The notes under the pieces are model-generated. The model did no database searches, had not been told where the DNA came from, and was given only the letters and a program-made list of their open reading frames with translations. A stretch of 63,821 nt of DNA, the filler included, from Choristocarpus tenellus KU-1152 (lineage: Eukaryota; Protista; Phaeophyceae): the NCBI GenBank assembly GCA_964200185.2. It is 16 parts of 16 records of this genome, joined end to end, with 100 filler letters (N's around TTAATTAATTAA, not from the genome) between each part and the next. Parts side by side here need not be neighbours in the genome. Positions count along the whole stretch, not along the records: positions 1 to 9,557 come from CAXNAD020003581.1; positions 9,658 to 14,081 come from CAXNAD020014611.1; 14 more parts are not named here. One strand, written 5' to 3'. Shown here in pieces: positions 1 to 12,681 of this stretch (its first letter is position 1; the number at the start of each line of letters is the position of its first letter). A program made the translations under genes and the position numbers.

Positions 1-296
1 CTACCTGCAGCTAAAATTTTAAATTACATACTTTGAATTTCACCCCATTCCAGACTTGCCACTCCCTACAAGCTGACCTCCATCCCTCTCCTCTCCCCCC
101 TCCACACACACACATTGCTACACCCCGGAGTGCTCTGGAGTGTGCCACATAACCATACTGTCACTAATTGTAAAACAGTAGTACATCTGTAGTCTACCTG
201 CAGCTAAAATTTTAAATTACATACTTTGAATTTCACCCCATTCCAGACTTGCCACTCCCTACAAGCTGACCTCCATCCCTCTCCTCTCCCCCCTCC
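1..296. repeat. Direct repeat of ~103 bp with a 193-bp period (intronic tandem repeat)
   Basis: ctacctgcagctaaaatttt...ctctccccctcc occurs at 1-103 and again at 194-296, essentially identical. Confidence 0.9.
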
Positions 297-359
297 CCCT
301 CTACTCAAACTTGAAAAGGGAAAGCTTTGTGCAAATGCAAGGCTGCATGTTTACCCCAG

Positions 360-838
360 CCCCGACCAACAAGAAAGAAACGGCAGCGATAGAGACACTG
401 GCTGTATCTGCTGATGCTATTCCCGCCCCCATCATCAAGTGCCTGGGAAAGTGCCTAGGCTTGGGGCTCCCAATCGCGCCAGCGTTCTATCTTCGTGGTA
501 AGATTCGGAAGCACATACAAGACCTGGGGCATGCTGACGAGCTGCTCGCAGAGGCAGCTGAGGGGAAATATGGAGGCTTTGACGCCATTACCCCCTACGA
601 GCTCCATGAGGCATGTATTATGCGGGGTATTGATACTGCAGCACCACGTGAAGAGCTGCATCGGTCGCTGGTGGAGTGGCTTGAGTTGACAGGTTCACCT
701 CCTCGAGATCCAGAATCGGGCACCATCTTTGTGCCTGACAGGGCGAGGGTAGTGGCCTTGGGGCTGAACATTGTGTCCTCTGTACGGCATGGGCATAATG
801 GAGAGTTATCACGTGCTGCTGTCATGGGGAATTGGTAA
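360..838 (+). CDS. Last exon of a LETM1-domain (ribosome-binding-domain-like) protein; 5' exon boundary approximate
   Basis: FYLRGKIRKHIQDLGHADELL...DAITPYELHEACIMRGI...EELHRSLVEWLELT fits the LETM1 RBD pattern (LR..lR..l..l..dD......l...EL..AC..RG......L..WL.L). Candidate AG acceptors lie near 359 and 373; stop at 836-838. Confidence 0.75.
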
Positions 839-1000
839 GAAATAGAGCCATTTTTTATTGGATATTGGTGTAGTACCGACAGGTGTATTGCTTAACAGGC
901 AAGGGTTGTTATTTATGAGGTGATAAATGATGCTGTAAGTGTTGAAGTGCATTTTGCACTCTGACAAACGCCTTCCAACAGTTCCTTACTATAGTATATA

Positions 1001-1253
1001 TGTCACAGTTTGGATCGGTTGTGCCTTGTTCGTGTTGAGGAGTTGGAAGTGTGTGAGCTAACCATCACCATATTGATAGTCCCAGAGCCCATCAGGTATG
1101 ACCAACATTGTGGTTGGATGCATTCTTCAACAAAAACCAACTGATCTCGACCAGCCTGGTGTAGTCACTAGCGGAAACACTGCTGGATCTTTGTGAGGGT
1201 CTGGCCTTACCTCAGATGCAACAGTGAACGAGTATTACTTTTGAGCTGTGACC
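1001..1253. mobile_element. Possible LTR-like segment
   Basis: Begins TGTCACAG and ends CTGTGACC (short inverted termini), followed by TTTTGG. No partner LTR or TSD is seen. Confidence 0.15.
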
Positions 1254-1729
1254 TTTTGGTTTATAAAAGCGACTCAGAGAAACATCAGCTAGGGCACAAG
1301 TGAAGAGAAGGGATTTTTTGTTTTTGCTTGTTTGGGTATCGGTCTGGGTAAATCATTGAAGCAAGTACACCTGGGTGGGGTTAACATAGATGCTGGCTAC
1401 AGTCTCTTGTACATGGTCACCGCAAGAATGTCAAAGGGAATTTGAAGACTTCCTACAATCTGTAACACTATTTAGTACGTGTAAGTATGTTCCTATCATC
1501 TGTATTTTTCATGTGATGCATCATGCTATCACTAAGAAGAGGTTACAGTATGATTGGCAAATGGAATGGCAGTTCATCTGTCAGCAGCACCGGCTGGGAG
1601 TTTTGAGGGTCCTTGGTTGTCTTCTTAGGCATTTAGATTTTGGGGGTTACAAAACACCATGGTAACCGAAAATATCGAACTTTCGGAGGTATTAAATTTC
1701 AGGATGTATCAAGATAGGGTAGGATAATG

Positions 1730-2900
1730 TTACTCAAACATGCACAGTAGTAGTATTGACATTTGTCTGTAAATATCATGATAAACAACCCTCAAAATCG
1801 AATCCTTGCACTCAAAAAATAAACAGTGGCGATGTTCTTTCTTTTCCCAACACGGGGAGACTTCAACATGAAGAGAAAAAAGGTCCATTGTGTTTTGTGA
1901 GTTGAAACTTGACCTGCTTATCATTTTTTACTCCGGGCTACATGCAACAACAGGTCATGATGTCCAACTCCACCTAGAGCCGAAGTAGGATGGAGAAAAA
2001 TGAACTCTCGTTCAGTCAAACTCTTTGAGTGTATTAGGTCGTTAATCCATCAGTGTTCCGAATCAGCCAAAACCTACTTGTGAATGCAGTATCCTTATTC
2101 CAAACAGAATACTTCATTACAGGAGCACATCATTCACATCATATACTGCCCGACCCAATCATAAAGTTCTGGAGTCTCCACAGTTGAATCTTTAATTCTT
2201 ATAAAACTGGGTCAACTTGTAGGGGACTTTGAAGCACCTCATACCAAGGAGAATCACAATATTCCCAAAATCTTCAAGCAGAAGCCTTTGGTCACCAAAT
2301 TTTTATCATTGGAGTGTATTTGCCAGGACAAGCGAAGGGGGTGTTGAGGGATCGGTAGGAGATCGCAAAAGGCTGGGTTGACATCCCCCACCCCCAAGTG
2401 AAACATTTGAAGATGTCTGACAATTGCAATGTGTGGTTGAAGCTGTCAATAAGCAGTCTTCTAGATGAACACATGCAGTACAATATAGAAATAATGGAGT
2501 ATCTTCAACTCCCCTTTTAGTGATCTATCTTGCTGAGATATGTTCCTACTACTGGAGGAAAAAACAAGTTGACCTTGGAGCTTATCACACAAACAACACA
2601 TGGACCCTCAATTTGACCGTTCACTATGTAGATGATGTATGTCATTGAAGAGAGTAGGTCATAGTGTTGCAATGCTGCGGCAATTAGAACACAACATACA
2701 ATTCACCACCCTTGACACCTCCCCAATTAAGCTGTTTTACACCAAGGACGGGGCATCCATATGGTTGCGTCCAAGGACACTCAGCATTGCCCCCATATGC
2801 ATGAAGGACGTCTATATCTTCCATCACATCACTAGCACTATTGGGGTTGTGGCCATGGTTGCAACATAACCAAGATCTGTTGCTTTGGGAGGGAAGGGAA
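1730..2900 (-). mobile_element. Highly degenerate L1/Tx1-like LINE ORF2 remnant
   Basis: Broken minus-strand frames give, in the expected order, IVNGQ, LQG, LKILGI and a zinc-knuckle-like PCWEKKEHRHCLFFEC. Many stops and frameshifts. Confidence 0.3.
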
Positions 2901-4137
2901 GGAGGGGAGTAGGAGAGACTACATCCTTGATCCAAGTACACTTCATCAGTTTGATGATATTTTCAAGTTGTCAATTTCCCCTATGTACACTGTAGGTGAG
3001 AACAACACAAGGGAATATTGTCCAATGTCAAGTCACTCTTTCAAGTGAACATGCCAAGAAAGGGGGCTTACTGGAATCACAAAATGGTGGCATCGAATTC
3101 TACAACAACGGGCACTTCATCTCTGTGAATTTGGGAGGAACACCCAATGCCAATAAAATGTTCCCACTAAAGTGGGATCTTTGCACCACATATTGTACGT
3201 GGAGAGGACTACCAGCAGCTGTGTACACCACCCTCCTCCGGGTTTACTTTCGTCTCACTCAATTTCGAGTAAATCGCTTTGCATAGGGTCGGCATGATTA
3301 TAAATGAATGCAGAGACTCTGTGCCACAGACATCACATTGTCTCAGAAAAATATATATTTCAGAGTCCCACAAGGTTTCTAATTAGCACAAACCTTCTCC
3401 TCTGCCCCCTGGCTGCCCTGCTCCTCCCCCTTATGAATGGATGGGTGCCGACTATGTGGGGCAGGCGTGTTTGATTATGTGCTTGATCACTCTGGACCTT
3501 GGAGATGACTCAACAAGGGCAATTTAAACAGAGCAATCAGCAATATCCGAAACAACACCTTGGTAGGGAGACTCCACATAATGGAAGTGGAAAAGCATTA
3601 TACAAAATGTTGTAGATCCAAATTTGTGGGTACATTGGTGCCAGGGGGTTTGCACTCTGGACAACTTGGTAGAGACACAAAAATTTTCTGATACACTTTT
3701 AATCTTATTGCAACATGTAAATGTGAAGAAATATTACGTCCTTCCACCCCACCCCGCCTTGAGGAACACCACTATTGACAGGGGCTGTGCAATCCCTGCA
3801 GAAAAAGGGGACAAAATATGAAAGAAGAAATTCAAACTGGCCTCAGAAAGTAAGGCAATGGGAGTGGGAATGGTTGTGTATGAGGGGGTGAGAGGGAAGG
3901 GGGCAATTTGAGAACCCTGAACACTGAGCTCCATCAACATTTTAGCAAACATGGGCCCTCATGCATATTGACAAAAAACCCCAACTCAATGCAGTCATAA
4001 TTAAAAAGCACACCCGGGATAAAACACATGATGTTGCATAGTAGTACAGTTGTAGTACTTGGCAATGAAGTAGTGGGTTTGGTAGATGGAAGGAGGGGGG
4101 ACGGGGGGGAAAAATGCAGGTGGCTGCCGCACGTTTT

Positions 4138-5602
4138 TCACTTGTGTTTGGAGCGCCCATCCCACCAGTTCAGCCCATAAACTATCCCAGCTGATGCTGT
4201 GAAAGCCACCAAGCTGTTCCTGAGGAGTGCACGCCTTCCGGCTGATAAGATGGAAAATAAGAGGAAACGGTTACATAAGCGCAGTGCACACAATACTTGT
4301 TGGGTGTAGATGTGCGTGGGTTCATGTCTGGGGACTCTTGCTGAAGGATATCAACATGCTATCGTGCAAGGGAGGCTTTCGGGGCATGTTGAGACATGCG
4401 AGCTTCGTTTTGATCTCTCATGTTGGCAACTCAAGAAGGTGATACTGTTGCCAAGGAGGATGGATCACGGCCACAGTGGTTGTGATTCATGGCAGTGCAT
4501 GTGATGTGGTGTCACACCCAGACAGAAAAGGAAAGTATGGCTATAAGGGAAAAGGCATGTCAACTACTGACAAATACAGGGTTCACCATCTTCACTAAGA
4601 AATAATGTTTGCAATGGGCACAGCCCCCTCAAATGTGGGGCCTAATGGACAAAAAGAACTATCGTCTTGCACATACCTGGCAGCAAGTTCCAATAGTCTC
4701 GATTAATAGGAGTGTATTAATAGGAGTGTGTTCCATTGTAAGGCTTGGTTCGGTCAACATCACTAAGATGAGCGAGTCCTCATTTCTCTCACCTAGTGCA
4801 GAAGGAAGAGCTGCAACTAGGGTCGCACTTCCAACCAGGAGTTCTGGGTGTTTGTGCCTGAATTCCACCATGCCATCATACTCAACTGAGAGAGGAGAAA
4901 GCACCACAAAAATGGGTACAGAGTGTTGATAATGAACAAATCTATCGTCAGCACATGGTGGAGGGGGGCTAGCATAATGTATTCGTGGAAGGGGACTCCG
5001 AGCATGTGGAAGATATGTGTTAGTGGAAGATGAAATATATCTCACCTCCTAAATTATCCAGCGCAGCTGCAGTGTGGGCTCTGGCGGTGCCGACTGTTGA
5101 CTGGATGCTATCCTCAACTGCATTAAAGCTCCCCCTGGTGCTCACAAGCACCTCATTCAACCCCAAACGAGCGCCCTTGATCATCCCCTTAAGTGGTGTT
5201 CCTTAAAGTTCCGGGAATAAACCCAGTTTCCAAGTGCGAGGAAGCAACCGTTCGTATGTGAGGGTTGAGAAAGTGTCATGGGATACAAACTCCAACCAAT
5301 TATCCCATCCATTTGATACCGCTGACACAATTGACGCTTCAGAAAAAAAACAGCTCACCCTCAGTCTTCCACTTATTCAAGGTGGAAAGTGCGCCTCCAG
5401 TCTGTGCCTTCAACTCTTCCATAGCAGTTAAGGCACCTTTCATCGCGTTGTCGGCCTTCTCTGTAAAAGGTGGTTCGGACACCTCGAAAGCAGGTTCTTT
5501 CATCACAGACTCTGCTACTTCCCCCGAACTCTCATGGAATTCTGAAGCCATGTTTTGGTTCCCATCTGAAGGTAGAGTTGAAGGGGATTCTGGGGTAGGC
5601 AT
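4138..5602 (-). CDS. Complete 4-exon gene, 198-aa protein with two C-terminal hydrophobic segments (MIC26/27-like topology, family unproven)
   Basis: Exons 5602-5359, 5201-5046, 4885-4793 and 4241-4138, all with GTGAG donors and AG acceptors in consistent phase 1. Total 597 nt from ATG to TGA. C-terminus: HPELLVGSATLVAALPSALAGRRALLRNSLVAFTASAGIVYGLNWW. Confidence 0.85.
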
Positions 5603-5846
5603 TGTTCCTCTAAATGTAGATGTGAATTTTGACCGATTGTGGACAACATTGAGGTTCAAGGGTTTGTGTTCCTTGAGAGGCGTCCAAAACTTAAATGTAA
5701 AACTGTCGTTTGTTTTTATCCACTACTCTAATCCCAATACAACACCTTGGGTCTTTGGATCCTTGGACACACAAGGAAGCATCAGGGGGATCATCGGGGA
5801 AGCTCCGCTCTCACGGTCGATTCCGCAATTGCACCTCAGCCTTGGC
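5603..5846. promoter_or_regulatory. Probable bidirectional promoter/5' UTR region
   Basis: Divergent start codons at 5602 (-) and 5847 (+) are only 244 bp apart. Confidence 0.5.
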
Positions 5847-8800
5847 ATGATATTCTTCAGGTCCCACGTGTTACTGCTGCTAGCGCTGGCTACAACAGTT
5901 TGGGAGTTGGATTGCGGATCCGTAATAGCCCAGGGTGATTCCGTTAGTTATGATTTCGACATCCATGTGCCATTCACAGATGAAGCATTAGGAATCAACG
6001 TCGGATTTGGGCTCGAAATTCTCGGCTTTCAAAAGGACAGACATGGTCGATGGCCATGGGTTGTGGAACGTGGGGGTCTAGCTGTAGGAGATCGACTGGT
6101 GGCGTTGGAAGGCGAGGATGTCTCGAAGGTGCGATGAAGTTCCTGTATCTCCTCCTCCCAGCGCTCCTAACTTCTCCAACGATTACAACCCGCTAATACA
6201 TATAACCCATTGTCTGCGGGGTGAGAATGCAGCTGAGCCCAGGGGATTTTGCAGAGGCAATGGCACAAGTGGTGGCAGAGAAGAAGCTCCAATCCACTCC
6301 TAGCAGAGTTAGTTGGAGGCAAGAGACCAAGAAGGCAGCATCCCATGGCTCAATTACACTCAGAGTTCGTCCATCAAAGGGAGAGGACCATCGACACGTG
6401 CCACATATGTACAGTCCTCTCACCCATGGAGAAGCAATTCAGGTGAAATTTAGTCATGAGATATTGATGGCGTCCATGTCAACACATGTACACATTCAGT
6501 ATGACTTCTCGTATGATCTTTTTCGAGAATGATCAAACAGCTCGTGGTTATTTCGTTGAGTCATGCTACGTACCACTATCTACGTGCTACTACATCTAAG
6601 CAAAATACTTCTCCTCACTGCATGCTGACGTCACTTCATCAGGTGGATCTAAACTGGTACCTAAAATATTCCACTGGAGCTCTGACACAGAGCTTCGCCA
6701 ACCTCACGGTCTCCACCTTTGGGTTAGACCCTAAAGATTGTGAACCACGATCTATTGTTGTCGCACACCCATATGGGGCATGTTCTCCACTGGAAAATAT
6801 TGAGGAGGTGATACTGGGGCAGCTCCAACTTTACATGCGCCAGCGGTTAGCACACGGCTTGAAAATACCAAGTAGAACCAGGTGTGTTTGTTCCCTCAGA
6901 AATTGTTGTGGCTCTATTGTTTTAACAGGTTCCTTAGTGATCAACCCGACACTCTCACACTGAAACCCTCAGCAGATCACCTCAGCTCATGTGTTGGTGG
7001 GGCGTGGGGGATGCAGCTTTCTTGCCAAAGCCTTGGCAGTGAGACAGGCAGGGGGTGCCAGTGCTGTTGTGATAGACGAGGGACCCGGCAAAATGACAAT
7101 GAAAGCGGAAGAGGGAGAGATGGTAGATATTCCAGTTGTTATGGTCTCCAAGTTTGACGGTGAGATATTTTGAAGCGCCTAACACAAGACAATTGCAGGC
7201 GCACTGAGTACTCCAGGGCATAGTATCTGATCCACTTGGGTCCATGATGTGAAGAAAAGGGTACAGATCAGCCTCACCCTTTCATCTCACAGCCAGGCTT
7301 GTAGTGTTGTGATTCGTTACAATTCTATTCCCTCAACTTAATCAATGAAAAGGGGATCTGGTTATTGAAATCTTTCAATCAGTCACATATTTCTCGAATA
7401 TATGCATGCTGTGCTATACACTTGAAACTCTCTTCCATCTCTTGATATTTCCTCAGAATTACCTTGCGATGCTACGTGATTTGCACACCTTGCCCAGAGC
7501 TCTGCTCACAAGCTTCGATTCAATCAAGTGCTCAAATTACATCATTTTCTTCCATTGAACTGATTTATTTCATGCTCAGATCTATCCTTTCAATTCACAC
7601 ACCACAGATTTTTTTCCTTCACAATGGATGGCTTGGGGCTACCATCACAAAATTTGATAAATGCCATCCACCATTGTCCACTCTCTAGATGGGTTGCTGA
7701 CATTGCATAATCGTTGCATCCACACTTGTACCTCAGGTGAAGCACTAGTGAAATTGTCGACGTCCCCCTGGCCCAAACCTTCACAATTGACTGGTACGCT
7801 TGTGATGACGGTGGCCTGCATGCCTGAGGGAATGAGGTTACACGGTGTCAGCACTGGCCTCCTTGAGAGGGAAGGTCAGAGAGGCAACCACAAGTCCGTG
7901 CTTGGCCCCCACAAACCTGTTTCCATTAGTGCAAAGGGTGTGAGAAGGGAAGCACCTGGGCTTCTTCCTGAGCAATTGAACTCTGAAAGTAGAGGAAGTG
8001 CACCGCTGAAAACAGACAGCAATAAAAGGGTGGGCATCACTACTACTGGCGAGGTAGAAGGGGTAATATATAGCAGAGAGTCATCATGCAGAGGTGGAGA
8101 CCTGATGTGAGAGTAATATCCTTATAGCTCTTGAGTGGGGTTGATGATCGTTTCTGGCTCCATTCTTGCAAGGCCTTTCAATTGGTTTTATGTGGTGATG
8201 ATGATCCATGTGACATTATTGGAAGCAAGGTAGCTGCACAGCTCCTCACTCTGATCCTAACTTCAATGGATGCCTTCCACTTGATCTTTTCCAGACTCGA
8301 ATCTTCAAGCAAAGGATCAATAGCTGTTGAGTTCATCTCAATTCTTCTCGGGATGAATCAGAATTCAACACAGCATATGCTGGGGCATGAATCCCATCAG
8401 AGACCTGAATCATTGCATCCAAATTCAGACCTAGCAGGCAGACCCTTGGAAATCGCTGTGCTCGATAGTTGTCCTGGTGGTATAACTGCTCAGGTAAGAA
8501 TAGTACTATAACTTCAGAGATAAGGGGTGGATGAAGAAGGACATGGAAAAGACAAGAAACGACAAATTTGAAAAGCCATTGTAATCCTCTTGATGTTGAG
8601 CATCCACGTAAAAAAGTCAATCACCCAGTGCTTGTCCCAGAACTCTTGACTGCGGTGCAGGCGGCTAGTCCACAACAAAAATTGATCGGCATTCAACGTA
8701 CCTCCTGCTGCAGAGGTCTGGGGAGAATGGATTGAAGGAGTCAGCTTTGGCACCAGGGGGTGTGCTCATAGTCCCACCAAGCCTCGGATGCCCACTCAAT

Positions 8801-9320
8801 GATGTGTTCAACATTGTCCGAGCAATCAATAGCACAACACTACTATTGCTGCAGTCTTTTGAGGAGCGTTTGACCCCACTTAGGATGTTTGGTACCAGGC
8901 TTGAATTACCATGGACTGCAGAGGGACGACAAGGACTCTTGGCCCATGGACGAGGAGGAAAAGCCCCAGAGATTGGATTGTTGACACCAGTGAAGGGAAC
9001 GGATAGCCAGTTGGAATCAGGTTTGGCAAACGCTAATGAAATGGATCTGGAGAGAGCAGGGGGAGTGGCAGGTACAGCGACAGCAGGGAGGCAAGTACAT
9101 GAGGAGGGCGATCACTGGGTGGGCAGTGGCTCGCCAGAGGTCAGTGTAGTTGCATATGATGATGGAAATAAATTATTGCAGTGGCTGCTTGCTGAGGGTG
9201 AGGATCATTGGAACAGGGTGGTTGATACTTCAATATCAGTACAGGTACTGAGACGGGATGAGATCTGCAAGCTGTGGGCTGATGTTGATTGGGCCAGTGA
9301 CCCAGCCAACTGGCCAGCCG
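5847..9320 (+). CDS. Signal-peptide protein with PDZ-like and protease-associated (PA) domains; 3' end missing
   Basis: Exons 5847-6128, 6233-6442, 6643-6807, 6976-7159, ~8234-8493 (acceptor uncertain) and 8714-9320, with GT-AG borders. Features: hydrophobic N-terminus; PDZ-like LGI...GGLAVGDRLVALEGEDV; PA motif PYGACSPLEN...VLVGRGGCSFLAKALAVRQAGG...DIPVVMVSKFD; and a second divergent PA-like segment. Confidence 0.8.
7870..7990 (-). mobile_element. Intronic remnant of an RLE-type (CRE-like) non-LTR retrotransposon
   Basis: The minus frame reads LTPFALMETGLWGPSTDLWL, resembling the FxPfavEtxGxwG motif of the restriction-like endonuclease. Confidence 0.25.
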
Positions 9321-9531
9321 GTGAGTGCATGAGCATTATGGTATGCTTATAACTTATTCTTTATTATGCTTAGAATACTGTGCCAGGATCGATTTGGGGT
9401 CCCTATTTGGTGTGTTGCATGTATGGCACTACTATATATACTAAACAAACTATAACCCAGGGCACTCTCACCTCAGCAACTTGTACACAATGAGTCCTGG
9501 CTAAATGTGCAGGGACAAGTGTTATGATAAG

Positions 9532-9557
9532 GAGTCAAAGTATCTGGGGGTGGGGGG
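9532..9557. mobile_element. MITE family A terminus truncated by a gap
   Basis: gagtcaaagtatctggggg matches the family A TIR and runs into Ns. Confidence 0.6.
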
Positions 9558-9657
9558 NNNNNNNNNNNNNNNNNNNNNNNNNNNNNNNNNNNNNNNNNNN
9601 NTTAATTAATTAANNNNNNNNNNNNNNNNNNNNNNNNNNNNNNNNNNNNNNNNNNNN
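9558..9657. other. Artificial contig linker N44-TTAATTAATTAA-N44 (first of 15)
   Basis: The same 100-bp linker also occurs at 14082, 17018, 19662, 22717, 27659, 30298, 33461, 36940, 40840, 43690, 46614, 49764, 53877 and 60807. The 12-mer has stops in all six frames. A separate 10-N gap lies at 48865-48874. Confidence 0.97.
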
Positions 9658-12534
9658 TCGGTGGTGCGGGGGGGGGGGGGGGGTGGGGGGGGGGGGGGGG
9701 GGGGGGGTTGGTGGGGGAGAGAGTTTCACACTGAGCACTTTGTATTGTGAGTAAGTGTTTGGTTCAAACACTTGTGCCCCCAGCCGAATCGATAGGTCAT
9801 CGGTGTTCTACGTTTCAGGGACACCAACCTCAGGTACAGATAGGAGCTTTCGTTGTCTCAGGTCTCTCCAAACCAGCAGGTTGAAGAAGTACTGATTGCG
9901 AACAAGCTCTCACCTCGTTCCTAGCTTGTTCCCAACTCGTCTATCGGGTGAGGAAGTAGTGTCTTGTGACTTAAACTTTCCTCTCCGTCAGATCGTTGTG
10001 TGATGTCTCGAGGATGTGTAATTTTGCGGTCTCCGCAAGGGCATGTGCAATGTATAATAGTAGGTGTCCTTGTGAGGAATGGATGTCAATTTGTGGATAT
10101 TTATGGATTTACAGAAGTGTTTTTTAAGCAGAATATATTGCGCAATTTCATGTCCGTAGAAAGATAAGAGTCGAGAGTGTTATTTTATTCTTCTTCATTG
10201 TGTCTGGTAGACACGAGAGTAAAAACTCATTGAGATGTACGATGTCGGACATTGAATGTGGTGTATTCGAGAAATGTTCATTCTTTGTCTTTATTTTCTC
10301 CACATCTGTATTATTTATATCTGTAAAATTTGACTAGGCATAATATTGTTTTTCTACTGTATGACTCTAAATTAAATTTTACCGTCGACCATTCAAACTA
10401 TTATTACGGTTAGTGACGTTTTCCAGATGTGTTAGGGGAAAAGTCAATAGGACTATACAATTGTAGAAAAAAAAATAGTATACACAATTATGGTAAATCC
10501 ATTGAACTATATTTTATCTTTCATATTTCTGTACCTGGTCAACTCCCAAAACTATAACTTGAAGAAACAAATACCAATACCAAATATGAAACAACTAAAC
10601 ATCAAACACCAAACACCAAGTCAGTTGAATCTTCAATGGATCTGATTCTTGAACTATCAGTTTGCAGATGGCAGATCAGCGGAGAGAGTCGGAGAGAGAG
10701 TTAAAGTCGATCCCAAATTTGTCTCTTGAAGAGTTCTGGTATTCTACCTCCAACTTCACGATTACTTTCGGATTTGCTTGCTTGTAGAATTTTCAAGTGA
10801 TTCGACTCTTTTAACAATATTCGAAGATCAGCGGAGAGGCAGAGTGGGAGTAGGTCTTGAAAGAAGCCTAGTTTACAGGTAGACCTTTTGACCAATCTCG
10901 TACTACTATCCATCAAAATATAATAGATTGAATAGAGTGAAAGTGTTGAGTTAGCCTTCTATACAAAATGTTGGTAGACAAAGAAGAAAAATAATGGATG
11001 ACAAGGGTAGATCCCCATTAAGCCTACAAAGTTAACATATTTGTCGAACCTACAGTATAACACTAAGATCTACTGAACAAATCAAAGTATTGATGATGTG
11101 GTTTGATGAGGAAGAATCGAATGAGCATGTCAGAACATATTGATGCGACAAGTGCTTTTGGAAAAGTGACAGAGGAGAATAGTTCTTCGACACTAAAATG
11201 AAATAAATGGTGGGAAATTCCAATTACTATGAGTGGTTTTGTGCGGCATTTAATATTAGAATGTGTAGTTGATCGGAAAACTTCCAAAATATTGAACTAC
11301 CTAGTTGATCATTCGTGTCAGTCTAACTACTTCCTGCTGATCACTACATACTTCACAGAATAGGACAGAAGAGGAGTGAGTGAGTTATGACTGCTTTCGT
11401 GTTTGGTGGGGAGAGGGATCTTATCTTATAATAATGAAGGTGCAGATTGAAATCTGAAGCTACATACTATGATATGCATTATACCTCCTACAGCATTAGT
11501 ATATCCTACGTCAATCCTTCACGCGATGTACACACGTTGCTTCCATGATAAAGGAGGTCCCACCATTCTAATATGGCCTAACTGTAATATACTACCAGTG
11601 GATTAAAGCGACATTTTGGAATCAAATAAATTTTTGTTTAGTGCTATTTTTTTTTCTTGTTGAGTTGAAATACAATCGAATTTGTTCCTTCCTTGTTTCT
11701 ACTTTTGTTTCCGAATTTCAGTATAAATAAGGACATCTGGGATGGGAGGGGTTAGACCCCTCAAGGGTTTCGCGTCGGACAGGGAAGAGACATGAGGAGG
11801 GAGTATGGCGCAACTCCTTGTGACTTTGCGCTCAAGAGGCTTATTATGTTGAAATGAAGGTGTTGCGTGGAACGAAATCTAAATCTACATACCATGCTAT
11901 GTGTACCTGATACAGTATCAGTAAATATATCCTACCCTACCCCCTCACTCCACATACATGTTACTTGCGTGGAAAGGGACCACCACCTCACCTATTTCTT
12001 GGTCATCTTTCCGAAATTATTATTTATGTTAGCATTGAAACTTCAAACTTCCAAAGAGAAAAATGGCTTAATAGAGCCAGCTGTCGCTGTCGCGTACAGA
12101 CAAACAAATATGGATAGATCACTTGGTCCTTTTAAAAGGAAACTATATAGAGCCACTGTGCTGGTAAGGTTTTCTCTAGTTTTCAGGATTTTTTTGTTTA
12201 GAAGCAAGTGTATGCACAAATACTGGGACCATATATATATTATTATGCCCGCTGACATTTTCCAGATGTGTCAGGGGGGAAACCAATGAGCATCGTACAC
12301 CCGAGGATGATAACCAATACTCATAACGAAGGAAAGTAGCATGGTGAGGTGCAGGATGTAGAGATGTATAGTAAGTCTATAGAGTTGGTAGGTTAGTAAG
12401 GGTGGGATTTACTGTTTGGTTTTGTACGTAACGTATGTGGAAGGGACTCAAGGACCCAGTGCTGGCAACATTTTATTCTTAAGGGGGTTTCTTAAGTTGA
12501 ATGCGCGAGAGCACAGGCGAGCATGCACACAAGA

Positions 12535-12681
12535 GGCTCAAAGTATCTGGGGGGGGGTACCAGCAGTCCATTCAGGGTCCATTTTTCATATCGCGATTTT
12601 GGGTGATTTAATTGCATGCGTCGGATGGATATTGGACACCCTGGCGTAGACCTCCCCCCACACACACAGATATTTTGAGCC
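12535..12681. mobile_element. MITE family A (internally deleted copy)
   Basis: TIR GGCTCAAAGTATCTG ... CAGATATTTTGAGCC; internal sequence shared with the other A copies. Confidence 0.85.

Noticed and set aside
2625-2640. Plus-strand HYVDD as a reverse-transcriptase active site
   Set aside because: There are no supporting RT motifs on that strand; the LINE-like motifs are on the minus strand.
5265-6137. 290-aa ORF as one protein
   Set aside because: The 5' two-thirds is the antisense of the minus-strand gene's exon 1 plus intergenic DNA; only 5847-6128 is a real exon.
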